Shown: positions 21,294-31,797 of the stretch, piece by piece
Layout of the letters: every line of letters begins with the position of its first letter
Position numbering within the stretch: the first letter of the stretch is position 1
Assembly (NCBI GenBank): GCA_963676795.2
Contig: CAXXTB010000002.1
Location: 736,001 to 800,000 of the forward strand
Reading direction: 5' to 3'
Length of the DNA: 64,000 bases
DNA from: Geopsychrobacteraceae bacterium
GTDB lineage: Bacteria; Desulfobacterota; Desulfuromonadia; Desulfuromonadales; Geopsychrobacteraceae
Notes under the pieces: generated by a model
Told to the model about the DNA's origin: nothing
Database searches by the model: none
Seen by the model: only the letters and a program-made list of their open reading frames with translations
Position numbers and translations under genes: made by a program

Positions 21294-22592
21294 ATGATGC
21301 GTTTATTGAAATTCAGTGATGCCGATTTTGCCGAACAGTTCCGCCGCATTGAACAGCGCGCCGAAGAGGTTCCAGCCGGTATCGAGGACACCGTAAAAAC
21401 AATTATTGCCGATGTCCGCCAGCGTGGCGATGCGGCGGTCTTCGAGCTGACCGAGAAGTTCGACCGCCTGAAACTGGACAGCAGCAGTGTCGAGGTCTCG
21501 CAGGCCGAGATCGACGCGGCGCTGACCAAGGTCTCGGCCGAATCGCTGGCGGCTCTCAAGCTGGCCGCCGAGCGGATCGCCGCCTATCACGCCAAACAGA
21601 AGCAGGAAACCTGGCTGTCGACTGACGAAGAGGATGTCCTGGTCGGCCAGATGATCCGTCCGCTCGACCGGGTCGGCATCTATGTGCCGGGTGGCAAGGC
21701 GACCTATCCCTCATCGGTGCTGATGAACGCCGTACCGGCCAAGGTTGCCGGGGTCGGCGAGATCATCATGGTCGTGCCGATGCCGGGTGGCGAAGTCAAC
21801 CCCAACGTTCTGGCCGCGGCACGGATTGCCGGTGTCGACCGGATCTTCAAGATCGGCGGCGCCCAGGCCGTTGCTGCGCTGGCCTACGGGACCGCATCGG
21901 TGCCACGGGTCGACAAGATCACCGGGCCGGGCAACATCTATGTCGCCACCGCCAAGCAGCTGGTCTTCGGCCAGGTCGATATCGACATGATCGCCGGACC
22001 GAGCGAGATCCTGGTTATCAACGACGGCAGCGGCAATGCCGCGCACATCGCCGCCGACCTGCTTTCCCAGGCCGAGCATGACGAGCTGGCATCAGCCGTG
22101 CTCTGTACCTCCTGCGAGAAGATGGCCAAGGCCGTCCAGGAGCAGGTCGAGCTTCAGCTCGAGCAGCTGAGCCGCAAGGCGATCGCGCGCAAGTCGATCG
22201 ACGACTACAGCGCCATCATCCTCGCCGAGAGCCTCGACGAAGCGATCGAGTTCTCCAACCGCATCGCGCCGGAACACCTGGAGCTGGCGGTCGATAACCC
22301 GTTCGCGATCCTGAGTAAGATCCGTCATGCCGGGGCGATCTTCATGGGCCACCACACCCCTGAAGCGGCCGGTGATTACCTGGCAGGGCCGAACCACACC
22401 CTGCCGACCGGCGGCACCGCACGGTTCTTCTCGCCGCTCTCGCTCGACGATTTCGTCAAGAAGTCGAGCCTGATTTCCCTGTCACCTGCGGGTTTGAAGC
22501 GGCTGGGGAAAGACATTGTCCATATCGCCGAGCTTGAAGGGCTGGATGCTCACGCGAAGTCGGTTTCGATCCGTTTGCAGGACGAGGACTGA
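21294..22592 (+). CDS. hisD: Histidinol dehydrogenase
   Basis: GIYVPGG, DMIAGPSE, QAEHD, APEHLEL, GPNHTLPT. Confidence 0.98.
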   Translation: MMRLLKFSDADFAEQFRRIEQRAEEVPAGIEDTVKTIIADVRQRGDAAVFELTEKFDRLKLDSSSVEVSQAEIDAALTKVSAESLAALKLAAERIAAYHAKQKQETWLSTDEEDVLVGQMIRPLDRVGIYVPGGKATYPSSVLMNAVPAKVAGVGEIIMVVPMPGGEVNPNVLAAARIAGVDRIFKIGGAQAVAALAYGTASVPRVDKITGPGNIYVATAKQLVFGQVDIDMIAGPSEILVINDGSGNAAHIAADLLSQAEHDELASAVLCTSCEKMAKAVQEQVELQLEQLSRKAIARKSIDDYSAIILAESLDEAIEFSNRIAPEHLELAVDNPFAILSKIRHAGAIFMGHHTPEAAGDYLAGPNHTLPTGGTARFFSPLSLDDFVKKSSLISLSPAGLKRLGKDIVHIAELEGLDAHAKSVSIRLQDED

Positions 22593-22600
22593 TAGTTTTT

Positions 22601-22775
22601 AGGTTTACTCAGCGATCTCTGTGTCCTCTGTGGTTCAATGCTTCTAAAATCTTCACCACTGAGACACAGAGGGCACAGAGAAAGACAAGGATCACTTAGC
22701 TGTTGTCGATAAGCACGGTTTACCAGGTCAATAAAATTTTAAGGTTTACTCAGTGTACTCCGTGTCTCTGTGGTG
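22601..22775 (+). repeat. REP-like cluster of ctctgtg/cacagag units
   Basis: aggtttactcag..ctc.gtgtc.ctgtggt at 22601 and 22742, inverted copy at about 22652-22682. Confidence 0.7.
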
Positions 22776-22816
22776 ATTGTTTTTTCGGGTTTTAGGCATT
22801 TTAACAGGAGGCAATC

Positions 22817-23407
22817 ATGGCCCGTAGCGCCAAAGTTGCACGCGAGACCAAAGAGACCAACATCAGTATCGAGCTGAACCTCGACGGCAGCGGCGAACAT
22901 CAGATCGACAGTCCGGTGCCGTTTTTCAACCACATGCTCTCGGCGGTTGCACGGCACGGTTTCTTTGATCTTAATGTCAAGGCGACCGGCGATATCGAGA
23001 TCGACGCCCACCACACCGTAGAGGATATGGGGATCGTCCTCGGTGAGGTGGTCAAGAAGGCGCTCGGTGACAAGGCCGGTGTGCGTCGTTTCGGTCGTTC
23101 AACCATGCCGATGCATGAAGCCCTGGCTTCGGTGATCATCGACCTCTCTGGTCGGCCCTATCTGGTCTATAACGTCGATATGCCGAAGGTCAAAGTCGGT
23201 GAGTTCGATGTCGAGCTGGTCGAGGAGTTCTTTGTTGCCTTCTGTAACCACTCAGGTGCCAACATCCACGTCAACCTGGCTTACGGCGACAACCTGCATC
23301 ACATCATCGAGGCGATTTTCAAGGCCTTCGGCCGCGCTCTTGATGAGGCGACCAGTCTTGACCCGCGCATTGTTGGGGTGATGTCGACCAAGGGTTCCCT
23401 AGAGTAG
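22817..23407 (+). CDS. hisB: Imidazoleglycerol-phosphate dehydratase
   Basis: [26 protein letters not shown]. Confidence 0.97.
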   Translation: MARSAKVARETKETNISIELNLDGSGEHQIDSPVPFFNHMLSAVARHGFFDLNVKATGDIEIDAHHTVEDMGIVLGEVVKKALGDKAGVRRFGRSTMPMHEALASVIIDLSGRPYLVYNVDMPKVKVGEFDVELVEEFFVAFCNHSGANIHVNLAYGDNLHHIIEAIFKAFGRALDEATSLDPRIVGVMSTKGSLE

Positions 23408-23424
23408 TTTCTGCCCGGAAACCG

Positions 23425-23698
23425 CCCTTTTCCGCAATCTCGGCGTCAGTCGGCGCATTTGGTTGTGCGGCGTAAAGCACTACGCCTCCGCCCAAATGCT
23501 TGACTTCCTTGACCTTGCGAAAAATTGCTGGTTTCCGAATCAGAAACTGGTTTTTTGATAATGAGGGATCACCTCAGTAGACCGATCAAAAAGGGCCAGA
23601 TGCAAGGCTTGCGCAGTCCTGAGTTCTGAGGCGTAGCAGCGCTACGTCGAAGGATGAAGGGCAAGCGTAACGCAGCAGATGGTTCTTTTTCAGCGGTC
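23425..23698. repeat. Inverted pair of REP-like palindromic elements between hisB and hisH
   Basis: gcggcgta-aagcac-tacgcctc...ccttgc mirrored by gcaagg...gaggcgta-gcagcgc-tacgtcg. Confidence 0.6.
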
Positions 23699-23712
23699 GG
23701 AGTAGATGGATA

Positions 23713-24336
23713 ATGATAAATATAATTGACTATGAAATGGGCAACCTGCGCAGCGTCGAGAAGGCTTTTCAAAGCCTTGGTTTCGCCGCGCGCGTCAGTA
23801 ACGACCCGAAAGATATCGCAACCGCCGACAAGATCGTCCTGCCCGGCGTCGGGGCCTTCAACGACTGCGTCACCAACCTGCGCAACGGCGGGTTCGTCGA
23901 GCCGCTGATGGAGCACCTCGATAAAGGCAAGCCGATGCTCGGGATCTGTGTCGGTATGCAGATGCTCTTCGACGAAGGCGAGGAGTTCGGCATTCATAAG
24001 GGCCTGGGGCTGATCCCGGGGCGCGTCGTGCGCTTTCCGGCCGGTATGGTTGAAAACGGTGAAAAGCTCAAGGTTCCGCACATGGGCTGGAACAACCTGG
24101 ATATCAGCAAACCGTCACCGATTTTCAAAGGGGTCGAATCAGGCAGTTTTGTCTACTTCGTTCACTCCTACTACTGCCAGGCGCAGAACCCGGAGGATAT
24201 CGCCGCCACCTGCACCTATGGCGATGTAACCTTCTGTGCTTCACTGTGGCGCGGCAATATCATGGCCACCCAGTTTCACCCGGAAAAGAGCCAGACCATC
24301 GGTCTGCAGATCTTCCGCAATTTTGGAGAGATGTAA
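23713..24336 (+). CDS. hisH: IGP synthase glutaminase subunit
   Basis: GNLRSV, PGVGAF, GICVGMQ, QFHPEKS. Confidence 0.97.
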   Translation: MINIIDYEMGNLRSVEKAFQSLGFAARVSNDPKDIATADKIVLPGVGAFNDCVTNLRNGGFVEPLMEHLDKGKPMLGICVGMQMLFDEGEEFGIHKGLGLIPGRVVRFPAGMVENGEKLKVPHMGWNNLDISKPSPIFKGVESGSFVYFVHSYYCQAQNPEDIAATCTYGDVTFCASLWRGNIMATQFHPEKSQTIGLQIFRNFGEM

Positions 24337-25068
24337 GTGATTATTCTGCCCGCAATCGATTTGAAGGAAGGCCGCTGTGTTCGTCTGGAGCAGGGCTTGA
24401 TGGATAAAGATACAGTTTACAACGACGATCCGGCCGCCCAGGCGCTGATCTGGCAGGAGCAGGGGGGCGAGCTGCTCCACATCGTCGATCTCGATGGTGC
24501 CTTTGCCGGTGTGCCGAAGAACAAGGCTGCCATCGAAGCGATCGTCAAGGCGATCAGCATCCCGTCTGAACTGGGCGGCGGCGTGCGTGATATCGCCACC
24601 ATCGAAGCCTACCTCGAACTCGGCATCGACCGCGTGATCTTGGGCACCATCGCCAAGGAGAATCCGGCGCTGGTCGAAGAGGCGTGCAAGAAGTTTCCGG
24701 GCCATATCGTCGTCGGTATCGACGCCAAGGACGGCCTGGTGGCCGTGCGCGGCTGGGCCGATGTCACCGAGAAGCTGGCCAGCGAGATGGCCAAGGAGAT
24801 GGAAGGCTTCGGCGTCGAAGCGATCATCTACACCGACATCGCCCGCGACGGCATGATGCAGGGGCCGAACATCGCCGCGACCAAGGCACTAGCCGAAGCG
24901 ATCAACATTCCGGTCATTGCTTCCGGCGGCCTGTCCAGCATCCAGGACATCCGCAACCTGATGGCGATTGAAGCTTCCGGTGTCACCGGGGTCATCGCCG
25001 GCAAGTCGATCTACTCCGGTGCCATCGATCTGCGTGAAGCGGTGGCGCTGACCAAGGGAGCCCGCTGA
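24337..25068 (+). CDS. hisA: ProFAR isomerase
   Basis: [22 protein letters not shown]. Confidence 0.97.
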   Translation: MIILPAIDLKEGRCVRLEQGLMDKDTVYNDDPAAQALIWQEQGGELLHIVDLDGAFAGVPKNKAAIEAIVKAISIPSELGGGVRDIATIEAYLELGIDRVILGTIAKENPALVEEACKKFPGHIVVGIDAKDGLVAVRGWADVTEKLASEMAKEMEGFGVEAIIYTDIARDGMMQGPNIAATKALAEAINIPVIASGGLSSIQDIRNLMAIEASGVTGVIAGKSIYSGAIDLREAVALTKGAR

Positions 25069-25835
25069 TGCTGACCAAACGGATTATCCCCTGTCTCGAC
25101 GTCAAGGATGGCCGCGTCGTCAAAGGGGTCAACTTTGTCGAGCTGCGCGACGCCGGTGATCCGGTTGAAGCGGCCGAGGCCTACTGTGCGCAGGGTGCTG
25201 ATGAGCTGACCTTTCTTGATATCACCGCCAGCAGCGACAACCGCGGCATCATCCTCGATGTCGTGCGCAAGACCGCCGAGCGTGTCTTCATGCCGCTGAC
25301 CGTAGGTGGCGGGGTACGCGAGGTCGCCGATATCCGCAACCTGCTCAATGCCGGGGCCGACAAGGTTTCGATCAATACTGCTGCGGTGCATAACCCCGAG
25401 TTTGTCCGTGAGGCAGCCCAGCGCTTTGGCAGCCAGTGTATCGTTGTTGCCATCGATGCCCGCCGCGTTGAAGGCTCCAATCCGCAGGCCTGGGAGGTCT
25501 ACACCCACGGCGGCCGCAAGCCGACCGGCATCGACGCCATCGAATGGGCGAAGAAGATGGAAGACTACGGCTGTGGCGAGATCCTCTTGACCTCGATGGA
25601 CTGCGACGGCACCAAGGCCGGTTTCGATATCGAACTGACCCGCGCCGTCAGCGATGCCGTCGAGATTCCGGTCATCGCTTCGGGCGGTGTCGGCAATCTG
25701 GAGCATATCCGTGAAGGTCTGGTCGAAGGGGGCGCCAGCGCCGCCCTGGCCGCGTCGATCTTCCACTTCAAGGAATACACCATCGCTGAGTGCAAAGAGT
25801 ATCTCAAGCAGCATGGCGTACCAGCCCGTATTTAA
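25068..25835 (+). CDS. hisF: IGP synthase cyclase subunit
   Basis: [27 protein letters not shown]. Confidence 0.98.
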   Translation: MLTKRIIPCLDVKDGRVVKGVNFVELRDAGDPVEAAEAYCAQGADELTFLDITASSDNRGIILDVVRKTAERVFMPLTVGGGVREVADIRNLLNAGADKVSINTAAVHNPEFVREAAQRFGSQCIVVAIDARRVEGSNPQAWEVYTHGGRKPTGIDAIEWAKKMEDYGCGEILLTSMDCDGTKAGFDIELTRAVSDAVEIPVIASGGVGNLEHIREGLVEGGASAALAASIFHFKEYTIAECKEYLKQHGVPARI

Positions 25836-25850
25836 GGAAGGGGAAACATC

Positions 25851-26192
25851 ATGAGTGAGAACAAGACCCCGGATCAGGATATCCTGAATGCGATCTACCA
25901 GATCGTCCTTGAGCGCAAGGCAATGGCCGATGGCGAGAAGTCTTACGTCAAGTCGTTGTTTGACAAGGGACTGGACAAGATCCTCGGCAAGATCGGCGAG
26001 GAAGCGACCGAAACGGCGATTGCCGGTAAGGGCGGCGATAAGCAGGAGGTCGTCTACGAGGTGGCTGATCTGTTCTTCCATGTGACGGTGCTGCTCGGCT
26101 ATTACGAGATTGAACCGGAGCAGATTTACGACGAACTGCGTCGGCGGTTTGGGTTGTCGGGGATTGATGAGAAGAATAGTCGGGGGAAATAG
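25851..26192 (+). CDS. hisE: Phosphoribosyl-ATP pyrophosphohydrolase
   Basis: SYVKSLF, KIGEEATE, EVADLFFH. Confidence 0.95.
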   Translation: MSENKTPDQDILNAIYQIVLERKAMADGEKSYVKSLFDKGLDKILGKIGEEATETAIAGKGGDKQEVVYEVADLFFHVTVLLGYYEIEPEQIYDELRRRFGLSGIDEKNSRGK

Positions 26193-26200
26193 ATATCTTG

Positions 26201-26242
26201 ATAGAGAAGCTGTTCCCTAATGGAAACAGCTTCTCTATTTTT
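26201..26242 (+). terminator. Terminator after his operon
   Basis: atagagaagctgtt...aacagcttctctat + T run. Confidence 0.8.
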
Positions 26243-26254
26243 GTCTTAATAAGA

Positions 26255-26575
26255 TCAGAGACCTTTTAAACTGGCAGCGATAATTGCTGTTTTCCACTGA
26301 TATTTGCTAGTAGTTAAACAAGTTTCGTACATCGAGTCTTTATTTCTTGCTCTTCTCGCAAGATCTTTTAATTGTCTTTTGAAGTAGCCTTTGTCTATAA
26401 CCCCTGCCGGGCGAGGTACGTAATTCATTGCTTTTGAACATGATCTTGCTCCGTCCAGCATTTGTGCTGTGGCAGAAAGTGTTCCCTCGTTCATGTCCCA
26501 ACTAGAGGCCTCTTGACCAAATAGTTGGACTAGCAACGTTCTCAAGTCATCTTGTTCTTGTCTTGTTAAAGCCAT
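26255..26575 (-). CDS. Hypothetical 106-aa protein
   Basis: GGAGG RBS; low GC; 13 nt after the lipoprotein stop. Confidence 0.75.
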   Translation of the reverse strand: MALTRQEQDDLRTLLVQLFGQEASSWDMNEGTLSATAQMLDGARSCSKAMNYVPRPAGVIDKGYFKRQLKDLARRARNKDSMYETCLTTSKYQWKTAIIAASLKGL

Positions 26576-26588
26576 TATCCCCTCCGTA

Positions 26589-27257
26589 TTAGTAATGATC
26601 TTTAGTTTTTATAGATCCAATAATTTTCTTGAAATCAGAAAAATTCATATCCTGAGCAAAAATTCTCATATAGCTGTCGCGTCTTTTAGAATCAAAAACC
26701 CATGCAAAGTAGCCACCTTCAGGCCCTGGTGCTTTACTTTCCCAAAAATATATTTTTAAATTTTCTTTTTTCGCCAATAAAATTGAATTTTTTCCATTGA
26801 AAATTTCTCCCTTTAAAAACATCGCTCTTTCCCAAAACCACAAATCCGATTTATTTCTTGGTCTGTTTGATTTAATGGTTTCTTCAAAAATAATTTCATA
26901 TGAATCAGCAATGGAATAGTCTGCGTTTTTAGGGTATTTAATGTTTTCTTCGACCAGTGTTTTTGAAAACGTAAATGAAATAAACTTATTATTTTCGAAT
27001 GTTAAGGAAAGATCACCATCCCAGTGATGGATCATATTTCTAGGATTACTTGGTAACTCAATTTCGAACCGTTCAATGCGTATCGGATGGTTATTTGTGG
27101 TGCCTGTTTCTGGCCATGAAACTAAAGCTGCTTTTTGGGAGCAACCGAGACCTTCACATTCAGGGTAAGTTGTCAGTTTCGTATTTGAGGCACAGCCAGA
27201 AAGTGTAGCGAAGAAAAGCAGGAAAACAATCACGTAAAACTTATTAAAGTCAACCAT
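26589..27257 (-). CDS. Low-GC lipoprotein
   Basis: Lipobox LSGC; AGGAG RBS; TTGACT-16-TATACT upstream (27290-27317). Confidence 0.8.
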   Translation of the reverse strand: MVDFNKFYVIVFLLFFATLSGCASNTKLTTYPECEGLGCSQKAALVSWPETGTTNNHPIRIERFEIELPSNPRNMIHHWDGDLSLTFENNKFISFTFSKTLVEENIKYPKNADYSIADSYEIIFEETIKSNRPRNKSDLWFWERAMFLKGEIFNGKNSILLAKKENLKIYFWESKAPGPEGGYFAWVFDSKRRDSYMRIFAQDMNFSDFKKIIGSIKTKDHY

Positions 27258-27359
27258 ATTAGACTCCTATTTGTTTTTAATGAAGACTAAGTATAGAGGG
27301 AACAAACACCTAGTCAAGTTTTTTCAGGAAAAACTAGCGCCATTCGGGACACTCCCCAG

Positions 27360-27548
27360 TGATGTGGTTCAATGATTTCGGACACCAAAGTGCGTGCTAT
27401 ACTCCGGCACAAAAGAGAGGTGTTTATGAGTCGCAGAGGAAAATCGTTCAGTCCAGAATTTAAACTCGAGGCTGCTGGTCTTGTTGTCGAACAGAGCTAT
27501 TCCATCAAGGAAGCCTGTGAAGCGATGAATGTCAGCGAAACGGCTATG
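27360..27548 (+). mobile_element. IS3-family left end and truncated OrfA
   Basis: TG-initiated IR-like tgatgtggttcaatgatttcggacacc; ATG 27426 gives FSPEFKLEAAGLV...IKEACEAMNVS, cut by the repeat element. Confidence 0.75.
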
Positions 27549-28038
27549 TGCAATGCCACAAAACCGTGGGGTTTCGGCCCCACCGCCGCCTTACTCTTTT
27601 ATCGCGCCATAAAAGAGTAAGCAGAAAAAGGCGCCCAGCTCCTTGCCCTTCGGGTTCCCTCCATTCCGTCGAATTTTGCAGCGCAGAAAAAAACTCGCCT
27701 TGCGGCTCAGACAGTTTTTCTGCTTTAAGCTGCAAAATTCAACTGCATTCCGGCTGTGTCACATGGGGACTTCTTTCCTATTCAATGTCTACTGTATTTT
27801 CCGTTTTAGCTTCCCCCTTTGTCACCGCTGGAGCGTAGAGGCGATCGGCTGAATCAAGCGAGGAATGTTTGAGGGGGCGAAGCCGCCGAGTTTTGCGAGC
27901 GCAGCCGGGCATTGCGTAGCGGAAGGAACCTGCCGCAGGCAGGCGGGGGGGGGCATTGGGGCGGGGTCTTTTGGTTACTTTTTACGACCTGAAGCAGAAA
28001 AGTAACTCGTCCGGCGGGACGAGACCCGCCGGTTTTGG
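27549..28038 (+). repeat. Most complete copy (~480 bp) of a MITE/REPIN-like element with imperfect inverted ends (B and A)
   Basis: 27549-27770 nearly identical to 29100-29320; both ends follow aaaccg..ggg..ccc..ttact..aaa.agtaa..aaag. Confidence 0.8.
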
Positions 28039-28045
28039 CTTTCTA

Positions 28046-28534
28046 TTAATCCGTGAGCGATGTTCTTAACGGAAACGTCGACTTGAGTTCTGGAACGGTA
28101 ACAGGATCGGCAGAGTTAAGTAAGATCTCCCCATCTTTTGAAATTAGGTAGACTCGAAAGTCGTCTTTGCTGTGCACAAGGGATGGCAATTCGCCGGGCT
28201 TAATATGGTATCCATCACCAAAGCCTCCCTTGTCTGAGTAAATGACATAAATCAGTCCACGTTCTTCGGCACCGCCTGCAAATTCGCCAAAAATCTTTTC
28301 CTGTTTTTGAAATTTTATATTATTCCGGCCATTGGTTTTTATCAGGACAATTCCTGGTTTAAAGGCCATGCCGAAATTTCTCTGAAAGTCTTCAGATATG
28401 GTTGATGTTGAGTAGCGTGCATTTCCACTGTCGTAAAAGGTGAATTCAGCGGATTTTTGGGGGGTGGCACAGGCGTACAGTGTGAAAAGAACAAATACAA
28501 AAAAGAGGACAGTCCTGCAGGCAGAAGATTTCAT
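28046..28534 (-). CDS. Lipoprotein, candidate immunity protein
   Basis: Lipobox LYAC; ATGA overlap with upstream gene. Confidence 0.75.
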   Translation of the reverse strand: MKSSACRTVLFFVFVLFTLYACATPQKSAEFTFYDSGNARYSTSTISEDFQRNFGMAFKPGIVLIKTNGRNNIKFQKQEKIFGEFAGGAEERGLIYVIYSDKGGFGDGYHIKPGELPSLVHSKDDFRVYLISKDGEILLNSADPVTVPELKSTFPLRTSLTD

Positions 28535-28911
28535 TCAAAGACCTCTAATGTCAAGTTGGAGTCGGAGGCTGATGCTGCGATAGCATCGTAAAATGATTTA
28601 GCGTTGGAACGGATACCGATACATCCATTTGTTCCCGGAATATTGCCGTCGGGATGAATGCCTAGTCTTCCGTCAGTTTTGCCTCGGTCGGTTTGGAATT
28701 GCGGGTAGATCGGAATGAAGAATCCTTTACCGGTGGCGTCCTTGTAACCTAACCCTATTGTGGATGAGTAGGGGGTGATCTCACGCCGGCTGACTCTGTA
28801 TGTTCCAATGGGAAGTTTCCCTTTGCCGTGGGGCCCGCTTACCGCATCCCAGCGACCTTTTCCTGTCCAGGATAAAACTCCTGAAGTCCTTTTGAACGTC
28901 ATATCTGCCAT
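28531..28911 (-). CDS. Tlde1/DUF2778-like L,D-transpeptidase-fold protein
   Basis: SGP..LPxGxY, GIHPDGxxxGTxGCI His/Cys motif; no signal peptide; AAGGAG RBS. Confidence 0.78.
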   Translation of the reverse strand: MADMTFKRTSGVLSWTGKGRWDAVSGPHGKGKLPIGTYRVSRREITPYSSTIGLGYKDATGKGFFIPIYPQFQTDRGKTDGRLGIHPDGNIPGTNGCIGIRSNAKSFYDAIAASASDSNLTLEVFE

Positions 28912-29099
28912 ATTTTCATTTCTCCTTCGTTAATTATTCATTTGTAAGTATAAAAATTTACATGGTTATTCGTTTTTGTCAACGTGAGCTTTTTTCCCTT
29001 AGAACTCTCAATATTGTCCGTTCCCGTTTCCCCCTTTGGCACCGCTGGAGCGGAGTAGTGGGAAATTCTGGGGTCATGGGAAATTCTGGGGTCAAGTCT

Positions 29100-29320
29100 T
29101 GCAATGCCACAAAACCGTGGGGGCGCGGCCCCACCGACGCCTTACTCTTTTCTCACGCCATAAAAGAGTAAGCAGAAAAGGGCGCCCAGCTCCTTGCCCT
29201 TCGGGTTCCCTCCATTCCGTCGAATTTTGCAGCGCAGAAAAAAACTCGCCTTGCGGCTCAGACAGTTTTTCTGCCTGATGCTGCAAAATCCAGCTCCATC
29301 CCGGCTGCGTCTCATGGGGG
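29100..29320 (+). repeat. Partial copy of repeat element (B end plus interior)
   Basis: Near-identical direct repeat of 27549-27770. Confidence 0.88.
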
Positions 29321-29512
29321 AGGCCAGTCATAAGCCGTAAAGTTAAAGTCAGATTTGACCCCTTCGGCTCTCTTCAGCTCTTCTATAGAACGGAGCATCT
29401 GTAATTTATTTCGGGGTCGGACCAAGCCAACTGACTGATCTTGTTGCATAAAAACTAATATAGAGGTATATGTTTGTCCTTAGAAGGCTATTTTTACATG
29501 TGAAATCACGAT

Positions 29513-29803
29513 TTATATGTGACGTTCGAAATCCATGCGTTGATGCAGTATTCGGACAACATCTATCTGGGTATCTGTCACTTTGAAGAAGAAAATATGC
29601 GACCCGGATCGGGCTTTTCGATAACCGTCCCTGACATCGCTGATATCAGTTGAGGTCGTCGGATTCTGGGCTTGTTTCTGAATGGCTGTCCACAATTCTT
29701 GAATATATTTTTCCGCCTGTTCAATTCCTCATTCAGCCAGGGTTAAGTCCCATATCTGACTTAGATCTTCTTTTGCTTTGGGGGAGAGAACAATCTGTCT
29801 CAT
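29513..29803 (-). pseudogene. parE: ParE/RelE toxin with in-frame TGA at codon 25
   Basis: MRQIVLSPKAKEDLSQIWDLTLAE*GIEQAEKY...VVRILHQRMD; stop at 29729-29731. Confidence 0.88.
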
Positions 29804-30033
29804 AAGCTCAGGGATTTTTTCTTTTCTGAGATAAACTCATCAATATTCAGTTCCGTTGAAGGCCCAGAATTTTCACCTTCGATCAAGGCCAGTCGTAGCT
29901 GCTCAAGTTGCATGTGATCACGTCTGATCAGATCGCGGACATAGTCTGAAGCGTTGGCGTAGCGACCACTCTGGACGCACTCTTCAACCCAGGTCTTCAT
30001 TTGGTCCGGGAGTGAGATATTCATTGTTGCCAT
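29800..30033 (-). CDS. parD: ParD-family RHH antitoxin
   Basis: MNISLPDQMK, SGRYANASDYVRDLIR, GENSG; AAGGAG RBS; overlaps toxin start. Confidence 0.9.
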   Translation of the reverse strand: MATMNISLPDQMKTWVEECVQSGRYANASDYVRDLIRRDHMQLEQLRLALIEGENSGPSTELNIDEFISEKKKSLSL

Positions 30034-30129
30034 CTTGATCTCCTTTGTTGCGTTTCTTCTGATCAAATTATGGCAATCTTTGTCATTTGTCAATTCAGGC
30101 GCCATGAGATGCTGACAAGTCTTTGTCTC

Positions 30130-30606
30130 TTATTTCTGAACCATGTTTTCTATGCAGTGTGTTGAGACGAGATCACCACCAGGCATGACGTCCGAGAAAG
30201 TGTAAACGTCTGTAGATAAGACAGCAGCAGACCAGCCTGGAGAATGGATGTAGCCCGGATTGCAGTTTGCTGGCAGAGGAAAGGGCTTTCCGTCACCATC
30301 GACCCAGATATAGGCGACTTTGCTTTTTGTTTCAGATTCCCTAAAAATAAAGATATGGGATTTGGTTTCTGGGTAGAAGCTGCTGCGAATATAGATGTGA
30401 TCATTCAAAAACGGAGTACCGTCAGTCAGCTTTATGCCTCTCAGTGTTTTTTGGAGTTGAGTATCGTCAAGGCTTTGAAGGTATGAAATTGCCAGAGCGT
30501 TATTTTGCTCCAGATATTGATCCAGAGTCATTTCTGGCGCGGAAGCACAAGATGTGAAGAAAAACAGACTTGCGGTAACAATAATCCATTTAGATAAATG
30601 GCTCAT
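30130..30606 (-). CDS. Lipoprotein, candidate immunity protein
   Basis: Lipobox-like FTSC; TGATG overlap with upstream gene. Confidence 0.75.
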   Translation of the reverse strand: MSHLSKWIIVTASLFFFTSCASAPEMTLDQYLEQNNALAISYLQSLDDTQLQKTLRGIKLTDGTPFLNDHIYIRSSFYPETKSHIFIFRESETKSKVAYIWVDGDGKPFPLPANCNPGYIHSPGWSAAVLSTDVYTFSDVMPGGDLVSTHCIENMVQK

Positions 30607-30980
30607 CAGTCCATCACCTCCAAGGTTAAACTTGCATCCGATGCTGAGGCAGCAATTGCTTTATAGAAAGTTTCTGAATTTGATTGAAGACCAATACATC
30701 CAGCCGTTCCGTAGGGAGCGCCGTCTGGGTGTATGCCTAAGCGACCTCCGGATTTTCCGCGATCTGTGGAAAATTGTGGGAATATCGGAATGAAAAATCC
30801 TTTGCCATTTTTACCCTTGAAAGCTTTTCCTATATTGCTTGTATAGGGAGTGACCTCTCGTCTGCCGATTTTATATTGTCCGTTCGGAAGTTTATGCTTG
30901 GGACCGCTGACTGCATCCCAGCGTCCTACTCCTGTCCAGGTTAATGTTCTTGATTTGTGCTTATAGGTTAGATTAGCCAT
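30606..30980 (-). CDS. Tlde1/DUF2778-like protein, paralog of 28531-28911
   Basis: About 81 of 126 positions identical by manual alignment; GIHPDG..GTAGCI; TTGACA-17-TAACAT upstream (31027-31055). Confidence 0.78.
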   Translation of the reverse strand: MANLTYKHKSRTLTWTGVGRWDAVSGPKHKLPNGQYKIGRREVTPYTSNIGKAFKGKNGKGFFIPIFPQFSTDRGKSGGRLGIHPDGAPYGTAGCIGLQSNSETFYKAIAASASDASLTLEVMD

Positions 30981-31127
30981 AAGGTTCCCCTCCTCGGTGT
31001 ATGGCAGCTATTAGCTAATGAATGAAATGTTACTATCTGTAATCATTGCTGTCAAATTCCAAAAGAAGTTGTGAGGTTACGAGCTAATATTGAATTTCGG
31101 GGACAGTAGATGGATATGTTCATAAGT

Positions 31128-31325
31128 CAAAACCGCGAGGTTTCGTCCCCGCACGCCGCCTTACTCTTTTATTGCGCCACAAAAAGAGTAAGCAGAAAAG
31201 AGGGAATTCTAGAGGGAATTCTAGGGTCAAGTCTTGCAATACCACAAAATCGCGGGGCTGTGGTTCCGCACGCCGTCCTACTCTTTTATCGCGCCATAAA
31301 AGTAAGTAGAAAAGGGTGCCCAGCT
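31128..31325 (+). repeat. Two tandem B-end copies
   Basis: cacgccg.c.tactctttt...aaa.gtaag.agaaaag twice. Confidence 0.8.
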
Positions 31326-31797
31326 CGCAGGCGCCTGCCAGGCCTCAACTGGATCTGCTGCACAAGGATCTGACTGGCCCATATTCCGATCCTTTTCGAC
31401 AAATAGCTTTGGCTATTCACTCTCAAGCGCTCGAAAATTTGTTCTCAGCCATATCCTTTTTCGCGACGATCCATAAGGTCCGACAGGCTCCACCCTCTAC
31501 AGGCTTCCTCCATTTGTTAGGCTATTGCAGGATAAAAGCATGATTGTAAATTGCTGATTTGTCTGAGAGATATGAAGAATTGTCAGGCGAAGTGAGCTAT
31601 AATAGTGACGCTGGTGCCAAATTGAAACGACCTCAATTTTATTCCAGAGAAGGGCTGCAGCCAGAATCGTTTTGCGATTTGAAGGATCTCAGGTAGGGTA
31701 CTTCAATTATTATGCTCAACTGGTTCTGGCGGCGTGTCTTGCCTATTCTGGTTTTGCAATCCAGGGTGAAGATAAATATTATATGGAGGCCACCTAG

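Noticed and set aside
27544..29331. Duplicated ORFs such as MQCHKTVG... and ...EKLSEPQGEFF...
   Set aside because: Translations of the palindromic repeat, open on both strands, with no RBS
29729..29731. Selenocysteine or recoded TGA in parE
   Set aside because: Position corresponds to Trp, not Cys; TGA is an ordinary stop in many genes here; no SECIS recognised
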